Of a stretch of DNA of 64,000 nucleotides, positions 1-11,560 are shown piece by piece. Origin of the DNA: Chloroflexota bacterium. GTDB taxonomy: Bacteria; Chloroflexota; UBA11872; UBA12225. The stretch covers positions 1,022 to 65,021 of the forward strand of contig SHXX01000005.1 in the NCBI GenBank assembly GCA_009693165.1, written 5' to 3'. Within the stretch, counting starts at the first letter, position 1, and each line of letters begins with the position of its first letter. A program made the position numbers and the translations under genes. A model generated the notes under the pieces. The model saw only the letters and a program-made list of their open reading frames with translations. It did no database searches and was not told the origin of the DNA.

Positions 1-829
1 TGGTGTAGACGAACATGATGATCTCGGGAATACCGGAGGGTGTCATCATCGACTCAAGATATGGCGCTACTTCACGCCGAATGGTTCGGTGTTCGTCACG
101 GGTTAGCGCGTCGAGGGACCGTCGGGTGCTGTAGTTCCAAAGTGAGTTCCACCAAGCGTCGGGTGAGGGGAAGTGCCACGTTTCGATCTCGGTGTACTCG
201 GCGACGGCAGTCATGCCCGCCTTCGCAAGCATTCCGGTAAGGACCCCGGCTTCGCGGATCCCCGGGGTGCCATTGATCGGGGCTAACCCACGTACTGCCG
301 GGTACCGTCCAATCAGTTCGTTCCACCACTCCCACGCGGGGTCTGGCGTGCGCGTGTTGGCAAACCACATCCGGCCCCCTGGGCGGAGACAAGCCTTAGC
401 GGTGTTCAGGAATTGGGGAACATCGTTGAGGAAGAAGAGGCTGAACCCGCCCAGGATCACGTCGAACGATGCGTCAGGCACGAACAGATCGCTGGCATCC
501 ATGACTTCGACGGTGGTGTTGCTCATGCGGAGTGATGCGAGGGCGGATCGGGTCTGGGAGACCATTTCAGGTGAAAGGTCTATGCCTCTGACGGATCCTT
601 CCGCGCCTACGGCGCGGGATGCCGGGATCAGTGAGGCACCGCGTCCGCAGCCGATGTCGAGGACGTGTTCCCCGGGCCGGAGGCAGGCGTGTTCCACCAG
701 GCGCTGTCCAGCCCGAGAAAAGTACGGTGCGCCTTCGCCGAACCGAGGGGCGAGGTCGTCGTAGAACCGCGTGATGCGGTCCCTTTCCACCGCTCCCCGC
801 CGCCCATGACCTGGGGCCGCTCCGCTCAT
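1..829 (-). CDS. Class I SAM-dependent methyltransferase (3' end runs off the window start)
   Basis: Not in the ORF track because there is no in-window stop. My reverse-strand translation from ATG 829-827 reads MSGAAPGHGRRGAVERDRITRFYDDLAPRFGEGAPYFSRAGQRLVEHACLRPGEHVLDIGCGRG..., with the VLDxGCGxG motif I of Rossmann-fold methyltransferases. The frame stays open to position 2. Confidence 0.75.
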   Translation of the reverse strand, partial: MSGAAPGHGRRGAVERDRITRFYDDLAPRFGEGAPYFSRAGQRLVEHACLRPGEHVLDIGCGRGASLIPASRAVGAEGSVRGIDLSPEMVSQTRSALASLRMSNTTVEVMDASDLFVPDASFDVILGGFSLFFLNDVPQFLNTAKACLRPGGRMWFANTRTPDPAWEWWNELIGRYPAVRGLAPINGTPGIREAGVLTGMLAKAGMTAVAEYTEIETWHFPSPDAWWNSLWNYSTRRSLDALTRDEHRTIRREVAPYLESMMTPSGIPEIIMFVYT

Positions 830-921
830 ACGGCCCTCAGCCATCGGTTCCGGCAATAGAAGCGCAGTCATATCACCAGGAGTGGTTGCTGGAATGGACT
901 GCGGACATGAAGCAGGTTGGC

Positions 922-3900
922 TCACCCTCGAGGTTTCCCGTATTCGGTAATTGGCAAGACGGAGTAGTCGTTTGCTCCCAGCGAAAGTGAGGATGCCAGG
1001 GCCGACGCGGTATCGAGGGACGTAAGGCATGGGATGCGGGTTTCCACAGCGACCCGGCGGATTTCGAACCCATCCTGAAGGACACCTCGCCCGCCAGTGA
1101 TGGTGTTCACCACCAAGGTGACTTCGCCGGAACGGATCAGTTCGGTGATTGTGTGGTCGCCATCATTGATCTTGCCGACTTCACGGACGGTCAGGCCGAG
1201 GGTGCGGATCATGCGTGCGGTGCCGGCCGTCGCGAAGAGGCGGTAGCCACTGGTTGCGAACTGCTTGATGACGGGTACGGCGTCGTCCTTGTCGCGGTCG
1301 GCGATCGAAAGCAGGAGACCCGGCGTGCTGGTCTTGGATGGGGTCATGGAGATCACCCCGGCGCCGACCATGGCCTTGTAGAGGGCGGGGGCGAAAGTGT
1401 GGTCGATGCCCATGACTTCGCCGGTGCTCTTCATCTCGGGGCCAAGGTAAGTATCGACACCGACCAGCTTGCTCATGGAGAATACTGGTGCCTTAACGGC
1501 TACCAGTTTCCGGCGTGGCCAGAGACCTCCGGAATACCCCATTTCACGCAACGTCTTACCGAGCTGGATGTGGGTGGCGAGACGGACCATCGGCACGCCG
1601 GTCACCTTAGAGAGGAACGGGACGGTGCGGCTCGACCGTGGGTTGACCTCGATGACGTAGACCTGCCCCTGGTGGATGACGTACTGGATGTTGACGAGAC
1701 CGCGTACCCCGAGACCGATGGCGATGCGTTCGGTGTAGGAGACAAGTTGCTCGACGATGGCCTCAGACAGGTTGATGGCAGGATAAACGGCGAAACTGTC
1801 GCCGGAGTGCACGCCGGCGCGCTCGATGTGTTCCATGATGCCCGGGATGACGGTCACTTCGCCGTCGCAGATTGCGTCGACTTCGACTTCCTTGCCCTGC
1901 AGGTATTTGTCGATGAGGACGGGCGACTTCTCGGTGGGTGAGACGACGTTGGTGAGGTAGCGCTCAAGGTCGGATTCCTCGCCGATGATCTCCATGGCGC
2001 GTCCACCGAGGACGTAGCTGGGACGCACGAGGACGGGGTAGCCGATGTGGTTGGCGATGGTGATGGCATCGCGAACGGAGGTGACCCCGGTGCCCGGTGG
2101 TTGCGGGATTCCGAGGCCATCGAGGAATCGCTCGAACCGGCGCCGGTCCTCAGCGAGGTCGATGGTATCGACAGATGACCCGATGACCGGAACGCCGAGG
2201 CGGTTGAGCGGACCGGCGAGGTTGATGGCGGTCTGTCCGCCGAACTGGGCGATGACCGGGGGCATTGGCTTTCCAGGGCCTCCGGCTTCGTTGCGGATGA
2301 CCTCCAGGACGCTCTCTTCGTCGAGGGCCTCGAAGTAGAGGCGGTCGCTGGTATCGAAGTCGGTCGAGACGGTTTCAGGGTTGGAGTTGATCATGACGCT
2401 GCCCCAACCGGCGTCGCGGAGTGCCCAGGCAGAGTGGACGGAACAGTAGTCGAACTCAATTCCCTGGCCGATGCGGATCGGTCCGGATCCGATGACGATC
2501 GCTGACTTGCCGGGCGGTGCGATCGCTTCGTTCTCGACCTCATAGGTGGAATAGAAGTACGGGGTCCGGGCGGCAAACTCGGCAGCGCAGGTGTCGACCA
2601 TCTTGAAGACGGGGGCGATTTGCCACTGGTCGCGCAACTCGCGGACGCGGTCGGGAAGGCCCTGCACGGTATCGGAAAGGGTGGCGACCTGCGCGTCGGA
2701 GAAGCCGCGTCGTTTTGCGTCCCAGAGTAGTCCGGGGGTGAGTGGTTCACGCAGGAGCCGCTGCTCGAGCGCGTGGATGCAGGCAAGGCGGTCCAGGAAC
2801 CACGTGTCGATGCGGGTACGGCGGTGGAGTTCGGCGACGGTGACACCGCGGCGCAGGGCGGCCATGAGTGCCCAGAGGCGAATGTCGTTGGGGGTGTCGA
2901 TCAGCGACCAGATGCGGGTCAACCCTTCGGTTTCGCGCCACGAAGCGTCTTCCCAAAGGAGGCTGCGACCGCCCATTTCCAGTGATCGCACGGCCTTCTG
3001 GAACGCGGCCTCGAAGGTGCGTTCGATGGCCATGACCTCGCCGGTGGCCTTCATCTGGGTGCCGATGGTGCGGTCGCCATGCGGGAACTTGTCGAATGGC
3101 CAGCGCGGGATCTTGACGACACAGTAGTCGAGGGCGGGTTCAAAGGCGGCGGTGGTCTCTCCGGTGACCGAGTTCGGGATTTCGTCGAGAGTCCGTCCGA
3201 CGGCAATCTTGGCGGCGACGCGGGCAATCGGGTAGCCGGTGGCCTTGGATGCGAGGGCTGAACTTCGGGAGACGCGCGGGTTGACTTCGATGACGATGTA
3301 GTTGAAGGAGTACGGGTCGAGGCCGAACTGGACGTTGCAGCCGCCTTCGATGCCAAGCGCGCGGATGATCTTGAGCGCTGACGTGCGCAGCATCTGGTAT
3401 TCGCGGTCGGTGAGGGTCTGCGAGGGTGCGACGACGATGGAGTCGCCGGTATGGACACCCATGGGATCGAAGTTTTCCATGTTGCAGACGGAAATGCAGT
3501 TGTCGGCGGCGTCGCGCATCACCTCGTACTCGATCTCCTTCCAACCGACGAGGGACCGTTCGAGGAGGATCTGTCCGATGGGACTGGCACCGATGCCGGA
3601 CTGCACAACGAGATCGAGGTCGGGCCAGGTGTGGGCGATGCCACCGCCGGTTCCGCCGAGGGTGTAGGCGGGGCGGACGATAAGAGGGACCTCGGGGAAC
3701 CCGATCTCCTTGGCGAATGCGTAGGCCTCGTCCATGGTGTGGACGATGGCGGAGGTCGGGATCGGTTCGCCGAGGGCGTTCATGAGCTGCCGAAACTCGT
3801 CCCGGTCTTCGGCCTGCCGGATGGCTCGCAGGGGAGTGCCAAGCAGGCGGACATTGTATTTCTCAAGGATGCCGGCGTCGGCAAGCTCGCGCGCCAGGTT

Positions 3901-4182
3901 GAGGCCGGTCTGTCCGCCAAGGGTTGGCAGGAGGCCTTCGGGGCGTTCCCGGGCAATGATTCGCTCGAGGACCGGGACGGTGAGTGGCTCGATGTAGACG
4001 GCGTCGGCGACTTCGGCGTCGGTCATGATGGTGGCGGGATTGGAGTTGACGAGGATGCTTCGCACTCCCTCCTCGCGCATGGCCTTGCAGGCTTGCGTTC
4101 CGGCGTAGTCGAATTCGGCGGCCTGGCCAATGACGATCGGGCCGGACCCGATGATGAGGACGGACGAGGGCTTGTTACGCAT
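922..4182 (-). CDS. carB: Carbamoyl-phosphate synthase large subunit
   Basis: Track ORF 922..4389 trimmed to [39 protein letters not shown]. It has duplicated ATP-grasp halves (second half ...[19 protein letters not shown]...) and sits directly downstream of carA. An alternative GTG start 48 nt upstream is possible. Confidence 0.95.
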   Translation of the reverse strand: MRNKPSSVLIIGSGPIVIGQAAEFDYAGTQACKAMREEGVRSILVNSNPATIMTDAEVADAVYIEPLTVPVLERIIARERPEGLLPTLGGQTGLNLARELADAGILEKYNVRLLGTPLRAIRQAEDRDEFRQLMNALGEPIPTSAIVHTMDEAYAFAKEIGFPEVPLIVRPAYTLGGTGGGIAHTWPDLDLVVQSGIGASPIGQILLERSLVGWKEIEYEVMRDAADNCISVCNMENFDPMGVHTGDSIVVAPSQTLTDREYQMLRTSALKIIRALGIEGGCNVQFGLDPYSFNYIVIEVNPRVSRSSALASKATGYPIARVAAKIAVGRTLDEIPNSVTGETTAAFEPALDYCVVKIPRWPFDKFPHGDRTIGTQMKATGEVMAIERTFEAAFQKAVRSLEMGGRSLLWEDASWRETEGLTRIWSLIDTPNDIRLWALMAALRRGVTVAELHRRTRIDTWFLDRLACIHALEQRLLREPLTPGLLWDAKRRGFSDAQVATLSDTVQGLPDRVRELRDQWQIAPVFKMVDTCAAEFAARTPYFYSTYEVENEAIAPPGKSAIVIGSGPIRIGQGIEFDYCSVHSAWALRDAGWGSVMINSNPETVSTDFDTSDRLYFEALDEESVLEVIRNEAGGPGKPMPPVIAQFGGQTAINLAGPLNRLGVPVIGSSVDTIDLAEDRRRFERFLDGLGIPQPPGTGVTSVRDAITIANHIGYPVLVRPSYVLGGRAMEIIGEESDLERYLTNVVSPTEKSPVLIDKYLQGKEVEVDAICDGEVTVIPGIMEHIERAGVHSGDSFAVYPAINLSEAIVEQLVSYTERIAIGLGVRGLVNIQYVIHQGQVYVIEVNPRSSRTVPFLSKVTGVPMVRLATHIQLGKTLREMGYSGGLWPRRKLVAVKAPVFSMSKLVGVDTYLGPEMKSTGEVMGIDHTFAPALYKAMVGAGVISMTPSKTSTPGLLLSIADRDKDDAVPVIKQFATSGYRLFATAGTARMIRTLGLTVREVGKINDGDHTITELIRSGEVTLVVNTITGGRGVLQDGFEIRRVAVETRIPCLTSLDTASALASSLSLGANDYSVLPITEYGKPRG

Positions 4183-4243
4183 GGCGGGCAGGGATGGGTG
4201 GATCCCGGTGTTGGGGGTGTCATCGGTCACGTCGTGATCATCC

Positions 4244-5488
4244 TCAGCCAATGGTTTCGAGCGAGTCGACGAAGCGGTCGAAAAGGTACTGGTTGTCTTG
4301 GGGCCCCGGGCTTGCCTCAGGGTGGTACTGCACGGTGAAGACCGGAAGTTCGCGATGGGCGAGGCCTTCGACCGATCCGTCATTGACATTGACGTGGCTG
4401 ACGGTGAAGCCGCTGGCTGCCGGGATGGTGGTTGCGTCGACTTGGAAGCCGTGGTTCTGGGAGGTGATGTATACGCGTCCGGTGGTGACGTCGCGCACGG
4501 GATGGTTCGCCCCGCGGTGCCCGAAGCGGAGGCGCGAGGTCTGGGCGCCGATGGCCAATCCCATCACCTGGTGGCCCAGGCACACGGCGGTGAGGGCCAT
4601 GCGGCCACGCGCGACCGGGCCATCGAGGAGGGTGCGAAGGGTCTGGACGGTGGTGGCAAGTGCATCGGAGCTTGGGTCGCCCGGACCATTGCCGATGACG
4701 ACGCCGGCCGGTTCGAGGGCGAGGATTTCGTCGGCGCTGGTGTGGTACCGAACGATGACGGTATCCAGCCCCCGACGTGTCAGCGACCGTGCGATGTTGT
4801 GCTTGACGCCGCAGTCGATGAGGACAACCCGGTGGGCGCGCCGGGACCGCTGGGGTGCAGCAAATGGCGCCCACGTGTCATGGTCCACGACTCCCAATGC
4901 GGAGGTGCTGACGCCTTCGACAAGTTCCAGGTCCTCGAGGACGGGGAGACCTCTCGCGATACCGGAAAGGTACTCGGCCTCAGTCCTGGCTCCGGGTGTC
5001 CGGCCAGTGATCCATGCACCGGGGTCTTCATCACCGGCAATCGTTCCGGCCCGCGGTGGGGCGAGGCAGGCGCGCATGGCGCCGTGCATGCGGAGGTGGC
5101 GGGTGAGCGACCGCGTGTCGATGCCTTCCACAACGGGAATGCCGTGTCGGCCCAACCATGTGGACAGCGACCCGTTGGTGCGCCAGTTGCTCGGGCCAGT
5201 GCAGTATTCCCTCACGACCAGGGCATTGATCCACGGGCGCGCACTCTCGAAGTCGTCGGCGTTGATCCCGCAATTATCGATGAGTGGATAGGTGAGGGTG
5301 GTGATCTGGCCCCGGAACGATGGATCGGTGCAGATCTCCTGGTAGCCAGTCATGGCGGTGCAGAAGACGGCTTCGCCACCGGTTCCAGCGGAGGCTTCAT
5401 CATGGGCAGACTGGCCGGGGTCGAGGGCGCGGAAGCCGAAGAATGAGCGTCCGTCCTCGAGGGCGAGAATGAACCTAGGCGCAGACAT
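4244..5488 (-). CDS. carA: Carbamoyl-phosphate synthase small (glutamine amidotransferase) subunit
   Basis: Track ORF trimmed to [18 protein letters not shown], preceded by GGACGGTG. Carries the amidotransferase nucleophile context [12 protein letters not shown] and [10 protein letters not shown]. Confidence 0.95.
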   Translation of the reverse strand: MSAPRFILALEDGRSFFGFRALDPGQSAHDEASAGTGGEAVFCTAMTGYQEICTDPSFRGQITTLTYPLIDNCGINADDFESARPWINALVVREYCTGPSNWRTNGSLSTWLGRHGIPVVEGIDTRSLTRHLRMHGAMRACLAPPRAGTIAGDEDPGAWITGRTPGARTEAEYLSGIARGLPVLEDLELVEGVSTSALGVVDHDTWAPFAAPQRSRRAHRVVLIDCGVKHNIARSLTRRGLDTVIVRYHTSADEILALEPAGVVIGNGPGDPSSDALATTVQTLRTLLDGPVARGRMALTAVCLGHQVMGLAIGAQTSRLRFGHRGANHPVRDVTTGRVYITSQNHGFQVDATTIPAASGFTVSHVNVNDGSVEGLAHRELPVFTVQYHPEASPGPQDNQYLFDRFVDSLETIG

Positions 5489-5655
5489 GATTACCACCGT
5501 CCTTTCGCAAGAAGAGCCCGACCGCCTGCCCCATCGCCGGGAGACCCCATCCGCGTACGCGTGGCTTCCGGTTGCCATGGGAGAGTGCCGCGCGCACACC
5601 CACTCCGGCCATTGTTGCGACGCGAAAGGTGAGCGGGCGTTCGCGTTGATGGTTG

Positions 5656-7026
5656 CTATGCGCTTCGATCACAGATGATCTCCCCTCCGACGATGGTTTG
5701 AATGACCTGGCCTCGCAGGATGTGACCGGCCAGGGGGGTGTTTCGACCCTTGGACTGGAACTGCGTCGGGTCGACGCACCATTCGCGATCCGGGTCGAAG
5801 ATGGTGACGTCGCCGGCCATGCCGGGAAGCAGGGTGCCGGCCGCCAATCCGAAAACGCGGGCAGGCCGGATCGTCAGGGCTTCGATGGCTTTCACAAGCG
5901 TGAGGCCTCCGGCGTGCACGACGGCGAGGACGCTTCCCAATGCCGTTTCCAGGTTCGAGATGCCGGAAGCAGCGGCCTGGTATTCGCAGTGCTTGTCGGT
6001 GGTGCCGTGGGGTGCGTGGTCGGTGGCGATGCAGTCGATGACGCCATCGCGCAACCCAGCCGCCATGGCGAGGCTGTCGGGTGTCTCGCGCAGGGGGGGG
6101 TTGACCTTGGTGCGAGTGTCGTAGGCGGGCAGGGAGGCTGTGGCCGACCACCAGTGGCCTCCGACGAGCGCGTCGGTGAGCGTGAGGTGGTGCGGGGTCA
6201 CCTCTGCGGTGACGTGGACGCCGCGGGACCGCGCACGCCGGATGAAGTCGAGGGTTCCGGCCGACGAGACGTGGGCGACGTGCAAGTGGGCGCCGGTAAG
6301 GGCGGCGAGTTCGCAGTCCCGCGCGACGATGACTTCCTCGGCGGCGCGGGGCCATCCGGCGAGGCCAAGCCTGGCGGAGACGGATCCCTCATGCATCTGG
6401 GCGCCGGTGGTGAGTGCGCGGTCCTCGGCATGCTGGACAACCGGGCGACCGGTGGTGCGGCTGTACGCAAGGGCATTGCGCATCAGGGCGCTGTCGGTCA
6501 CGCAGTCCCCATCATCCGAGTACGCCACGACCCCAGCGGTAGCGAGTTCAATCAGGTCGGCGAGGGCCTTGCCCTTGCGTCCCCGGGTGATCGCGCCGAT
6601 GACGTAGACCCGCACTGATCCCTGGCGGCGGGCGGTGTCGTGGACGAAGTCGACGACTGCAGCGGTGTCGATGGCGGGTTCGGTATTAGGCATGGCGCAG
6701 ACGGTGGTGAACCCGCCGCCGGCGGCGGCGGCCGTGCCCGTTGCGATCGTTTCGCGGTATTCGAAGCCGGGTTCACGGAGATGGGTATGCAAGTCAACGA
6801 AGCCCGGAGTGACGATGAGCCCCCGTGCGTCGACGGCCCGCGCTCCGGGTGGCGCATCGACGCCCTTGCCCACGGCTTCAACGAAGCCATCGCGTATGGC
6901 AATGTCCGTGATGGCGTCGATGCCCTGTCCCGGGTCGATAACGCGACCGCCGCGGATCACGACGCTGCCTAGGAAACGCCCATGCGCGGTGGCGAGTCGG
7001 ATCGCGTCGTTGTTCGGAATGCTCAC
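5656..7026 (-). CDS. pyrC: Dihydroorotase
   Basis: 456-aa ORF with GFVDLHTHLREPG (HxH metal site) and CAMPNTEP. Lies between pyrB and carA. Confidence 0.92.
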   Translation of the reverse strand: MSIPNNDAIRLATAHGRFLGSVVIRGGRVIDPGQGIDAITDIAIRDGFVEAVGKGVDAPPGARAVDARGLIVTPGFVDLHTHLREPGFEYRETIATGTAAAAGGGFTTVCAMPNTEPAIDTAAVVDFVHDTARRQGSVRVYVIGAITRGRKGKALADLIELATAGVVAYSDDGDCVTDSALMRNALAYSRTTGRPVVQHAEDRALTTGAQMHEGSVSARLGLAGWPRAAEEVIVARDCELAALTGAHLHVAHVSSAGTLDFIRRARSRGVHVTAEVTPHHLTLTDALVGGHWWSATASLPAYDTRTKVNPPLRETPDSLAMAAGLRDGVIDCIATDHAPHGTTDKHCEYQAAASGISNLETALGSVLAVVHAGGLTLVKAIEALTIRPARVFGLAAGTLLPGMAGDVTIFDPDREWCVDPTQFQSKGRNTPLAGHILRGQVIQTIVGGEIICDRSA

Positions 7027-7059
7027 TACCTGAGGCCTTTCATGCTGCTATGCCTATCC

Positions 7060-7104
7060 CCCTCATCGGGAAGCCCCACCCCATGTCCCTCATCGGGAAG
7101 CCCC
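7060..7104 (-). repeat. Direct repeat, 18-nt unit twice with 27-nt period, in the pyrB-pyrC spacer
   Basis: CCCTCATCGGGAAGCCCC occurs at 7060-7077 and 7087-7104 on the plus strand, which is GGGGCTTCCCGATGAGGG on the mRNA strand. Confidence 0.6.
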
Positions 7105-7158
7105 CGCCCCCAACCTGGCCCCCGTTGCGACCGGAGAGCGGAGCACGCTGACCCGTCG

Positions 7159-8130
7159 CTAGACCGCCGGGCCGGCACGTCCTCCGGCGAGGAGATACAT
7201 CACGGCCATCCTGACGGCGACGCCGTTGGTGACTTGCGCCTCGATGACGCTTTGCGGCCCGTATGCGACCTCGGGGCTGATCTCAACCCCTTCGTTCATT
7301 GGGCCGGGATGCATCACAAGTGCTCCGAAGCGCGCTTTTGCGATCCGCTCGCGCGTGATGCCCCACGCACGTGAGTACTCGCGCAGACTCGGCAAAAGAC
7401 CGGCGTCCATTCGTTCCCGCTGGACGCGAAGTGCCATGACCACATCGGCATCGCGTAAGGCCTCGTCGACATCGTGTGTCACCGTGACGGGGCACGCCGT
7501 GGCGATGCCTTTGGCGCGAAGCCCGGTGCTCACGGCGTCGGCAAAGCCAATTGGGAGCAACGTTGGCGGTGCACACAGGACGACTTGGGCCCCCAGGGTC
7601 GTGAACCCCCAAGTGGCCGACCGTGCCACCCGGCTGTGCAGGATATCGCCGATGATCGCGACGCGACGGCCCTCGATGGATCCGAGGCGGGACTGAACGG
7701 TGAAGAGGTCCAGGAGTGCCTGTGTGGGGTGGGCGTGCCATCCATCCCCAGCATTTATTACCGAGGCCTCGAGTTCGCGTGCGACGAGGTACGGTGCGCC
7801 TGATGCGCCATGACGCATGATGACCATGTCGGCACCTAGTGCCTGAAGGGTGCGGGTCGTGTCGACGAGGGTCTCGCCCTTCTCGACGCTCGATCCGCTG
7901 GCGGTGATGTTCACGACATCGGCCGAGAGGTTCTTGGCGGCGAGTTCGAAACTGACGCGTGTGCGCGTACTGGCCTCGTAGAAGCAGTTGACGATGGTCT
8001 TGCCTCGGAGCGGCGGCACTCGCCTGATTGGCCGGGCGAGCACTTCCTTCATGGCCGCCGTGGTCTCGAGGACTTCGCGGAGTTCATCCGGTGTGAAGTC
8101 GTCGAGGTCGAGAACGTCCTTGCGTTGCAT
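7159..8130 (-). CDS. pyrB: Aspartate carbamoyltransferase catalytic subunit
   Basis: Track ORF 7159..8364 trimmed to MQRKDVLDLDDFTPDEL (AAGGA Shine-Dalgarno upstream). Carries EASTRTRVSFE and HAHPTQALLD motifs. Confidence 0.95.
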   Translation of the reverse strand: MQRKDVLDLDDFTPDELREVLETTAAMKEVLARPIRRVPPLRGKTIVNCFYEASTRTRVSFELAAKNLSADVVNITASGSSVEKGETLVDTTRTLQALGADMVIMRHGASGAPYLVARELEASVINAGDGWHAHPTQALLDLFTVQSRLGSIEGRRVAIIGDILHSRVARSATWGFTTLGAQVVLCAPPTLLPIGFADAVSTGLRAKGIATACPVTVTHDVDEALRDADVVMALRVQRERMDAGLLPSLREYSRAWGITRERIAKARFGALVMHPGPMNEGVEISPEVAYGPQSVIEAQVTNGVAVRMAVMYLLAGGRAGPAV

Positions 8131-8200
8131 TGTCTGTCCTTGGCGGGATTGCGGATTGGGTCCGCTACCCCAGCGCCCCTGATTTCGCTTCGCTTGACAC

Positions 8201-8938
<738 letters not shown>

Positions 8939-8941
8939 TTA

Positions 8942-8968
8942 GCAAAAAATCTCGGCCGTCCGGCCGAG
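8942..8968 (-). terminator. Rho-independent terminator after the liv operon
   Basis: The minus strand reads CTCGGCC-GGAC-GGCCGAG followed by ATTTTTTGC, about 80 nt downstream of the livF stop. Confidence 0.7.
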
Positions 8969-9056
8969 TTCCGTCGCCCGTTGGTGGCGACCCTCCTCGC
9001 CTCCTCCCGACTTGAACCTGGTCCCTGAGATCGATGGGGGCGCAGGCTCGTTTCGG

Positions 9057-9776
9057 TCAGTCGCCCAGATAGAGGCGTCGGGTGTCCGGGTTCGCGAGGA
9101 GTTCGGTACCTGTGCCTTCGAGACGGTTGCGTCCGAGTTCGAGCAAGTAGGCGTGGTCAGCGAGGGCGAGTGCCTGTGCTGCATTCTGTTCCACAACGAG
9201 CATCGAGAGACCCTCGCACTTCAGCATCGCCAGGGTTTCGAAGACGACTTGCACGAACCGCGGCGCGAGGCCGAGCGAAGGTTCATCCAGGAGCATGAGA
9301 CGGGGTTGGATCATCAGGCCGCGGGCAATCGCGACCATCTGCTGTTCCCCGCCGGACATGGTCCCGGCAAGTTGGGTGCGTCGTTCGGCGAGGCGCGGGA
9401 ACAAGTCGTAAACCCGCGCGAAGGCCTTGGCGCGGGTGGATTCGTCACGGACAGTGAACGCTCCCATTTCCAAGTTGTCGTGCACCGACATCTGGCCGAA
9501 GACGATCCGTCCTTGGGGAATGTAGGCGAGGCCAAGGGGCACCAGTCGGTCGGCGCGCATTCCGCGAATCGCCTGACCGTTGAAGGTGACGGTTCCAGAG
9601 GACAGGCGTGCAAAGCCGGTGATCGCCTTGAGGACGGTTGACTTGCCCGCCCCATTCGGGCCAATCAGGCTGACGAATTGGCCGGGTCTTACGACGATGC
9701 TTACCCCACGCAGGACCGGGACGCGACCGTACCCCGCGTGAAGTTCCGTGCAGTTCAGGAGGTGCTCGTCGTTCAT
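9057..9776 (-). CDS. livF: Branched-chain amino-acid ABC transporter ATP-binding protein (LivF type)
   Basis: Trimmed to MNDEHLLNCTELHAGYGRVPVLRGVS. Has Walker A GPNGAGKST and signature MSGGEQQMVAIARGL. Confidence 0.9.
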   Translation of the reverse strand: MNDEHLLNCTELHAGYGRVPVLRGVSIVVRPGQFVSLIGPNGAGKSTVLKAITGFARLSSGTVTFNGQAIRGMRADRLVPLGLAYIPQGRIVFGQMSVHDNLEMGAFTVRDESTRAKAFARVYDLFPRLAERRTQLAGTMSGGEQQMVAIARGLMIQPRLMLLDEPSLGLAPRFVQVVFETLAMLKCEGLSMLVVEQNAAQALALADHAYLLELGRNRLEGTGTELLANPDTRRLYLGD

Positions 9777-9798
9777 CGTGGGGCAATCGTTGACCAGG

Positions 9799-10524
9799 TC
9801 AGGTGCCGAAGTAGGCGTCAATGACACGCGGGTCGGCACGGATGGCCGCGGGGTCGCCGTCGGCGAGCAATTCACCGTGGTCGAGGACAATCAGGCGGGA
9901 ACACAGCGCCATGATGAGTTTGATTTCATGGTCGGTGATGAGGAAGGTCTTGCCTCGTTCCCGAAGGGCACGGATATGGGTGCACAGGCGCTCCTCCATG
10001 ACGGGGTTCACCCCAGCGAATGGTTCGTCGAGGAGGATGACGTCGGGGTCGTTCACCAACACGCGTGCAAACTCGAGAAGTTTCTGTTGCCCGTACGACA
10101 GGTTGGCGGCGAACTCGTCGGCAACTGGGGACAGCCCGACGAAGGCAAGTGAGTCGCGGGCCCGGTCGGATGCCTCACGTTCCGGGGTCCGTGTTACGGC
10201 AACGAGGTTCTCCAGAGCGGTCATTTGCGGATAGAGGCGCGAGAGTTGGAAGGTTCGGCTGAGGCCAAGGCGGTTAATGACGCTTGCCGACTTGTGTGTG
10301 ATTGACGCGCCTCGCAAACGGATGTCGCCGGAGTCGGCGGGTATCTCGCCGGAGATCAGGCGAAACAGGGTGCTCTTGCCCGACCCGTTCGGGCCGATCA
10401 GTCCGGTCACGGTGCCGGGCGCGATGCCGAATGAGATGCCATTCACGGCAATCACTCCTCCGAACCGTCGGGTCACAGCGTTGACGGAGAGGATTGGATC
10501 GGCTGGTCTGTCGGGTTCGGTCAT
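9799..10524 (-). CDS. livG: Branched-chain amino-acid ABC transporter ATP-binding protein (LivG type)
   Basis: Trimmed to MTEPDRPADPILSVNAVTRRFGGVIAVNG. Has Walker A GPNGSGKST and LSYGQQKLLEFARVL. Confidence 0.9.
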   Translation of the reverse strand: MTEPDRPADPILSVNAVTRRFGGVIAVNGISFGIAPGTVTGLIGPNGSGKSTLFRLISGEIPADSGDIRLRGASITHKSASVINRLGLSRTFQLSRLYPQMTALENLVAVTRTPEREASDRARDSLAFVGLSPVADEFAANLSYGQQKLLEFARVLVNDPDVILLDEPFAGVNPVMEERLCTHIRALRERGKTFLITDHEIKLIMALCSRLIVLDHGELLADGDPAAIRADPRVIDAYFGT

Positions 10525-10540
10525 CCTCTGGTGTCCGGGA

Positions 10541-11554
10541 TCACAGTTGACGCGACCGGGGTATCCAACCCCGGTCCTGGAGGATCTGGGTGATGCCTCC
10601 GGGCAGGAAGAGGACGATGGCGATGATGAGTACGCCTGATAGCGCGGTATGAAGGAACGGAAACTTCGCCCAGAGTGCCTCGCTGATACCCGAAAGCAAT
10701 ACGCTGCCAATCACCGGGCCGAAGACCGTCCCCTGTCCGCCAAGCATGGTCATCGCGATCGCCCTGACGGTCAAGGATCCAGCAAAGACGGTTCCGGGAT
10801 CGATGTAACTCATCTGCCAGGCGTAGATGCCTCCCGTGAGACCTGCAAAGAGCGCACTGACCGCAAAGGCACCGATCTTCAACCGCGTTGTCTGGATGCC
10901 ATTGAGTTCGGCCGCAACCTCATCTTCTCGGATGGCCAGGAGACGGAGGCCCACTGGCAGCGTCGCGACCCGGTAGGTCACCAGGACCGTTGCAACCGCC
11001 ACCGCAAACATTGCGTAATACGCGACGGTGAGGACGTCCTCGGGAATGAGTACAAGTCCCTTTCCCCCACCGGTTACCGGTTCGGCGACGGTCACGCCAA
11101 CCCTGATGGCCTCGGCCACGCCAAGCATGCCGACCGCAAAGTAGGGACCGCGCAGTCGAAGGGCTGGGTATCCGAAGAGGAGCCCGGCCGTCGCGGCGGC
11201 CATACCCGCCACGACAATGGCGAATGGTGCGGGCATCCCCCCCCGGACAATCGCGATGCCGGTGGCGTATGCCCCGATGCCAAAGAAAGCCGAATGGCCG
11301 AAACTGACATACCCCGTGAACCCTGAAATCAGGTTCCACGAGGCGGCGAGCGCGCACGACATCAGTGCCTGCAGGACGAACGTCTTGGTGTAGTTCGATC
11401 CGAAGACTGGCACCAGGGCGATGGCCACAGTCACTGCCCAGATAAACCCGGTGTAGATCCGTAGTCCGCGCGTACCTGTTGCAATCGTAGTGATCGGAGA
11501 TGCCGGGTCGGGCGGTTCGTCCGCGTGCGCGGTCCTCAGGGCGGACGCAGGCAT
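10541..11554 (-). CDS. livM: Branched-chain amino-acid ABC transporter permease (LivM type)
   Basis: 337-aa polytopic membrane ORF with NLISGFTGYVSFGHSAFFGIGAY, between livH and livG. Confidence 0.9.
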   Translation of the reverse strand: MPASALRTAHADEPPDPASPITTIATGTRGLRIYTGFIWAVTVAIALVPVFGSNYTKTFVLQALMSCALAASWNLISGFTGYVSFGHSAFFGIGAYATGIAIVRGGMPAPFAIVVAGMAAATAGLLFGYPALRLRGPYFAVGMLGVAEAIRVGVTVAEPVTGGGKGLVLIPEDVLTVAYYAMFAVAVATVLVTYRVATLPVGLRLLAIREDEVAAELNGIQTTRLKIGAFAVSALFAGLTGGIYAWQMSYIDPGTVFAGSLTVRAIAMTMLGGQGTVFGPVIGSVLLSGISEALWAKFPFLHTALSGVLIIAIVLFLPGGITQILQDRGWIPRSRQL

Positions 11555-11560
11555 TGGTGT

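Noticed and set aside
5489-5655. Second PyrR attenuator in the 167-nt pyrC-carA gap.
   Set aside because: Only the CCCGGCGA core recurs. The UUUAA/AAGG stem and any terminator are missing, so it is mentioned under the pyrR leader finding but not annotated as a feature.
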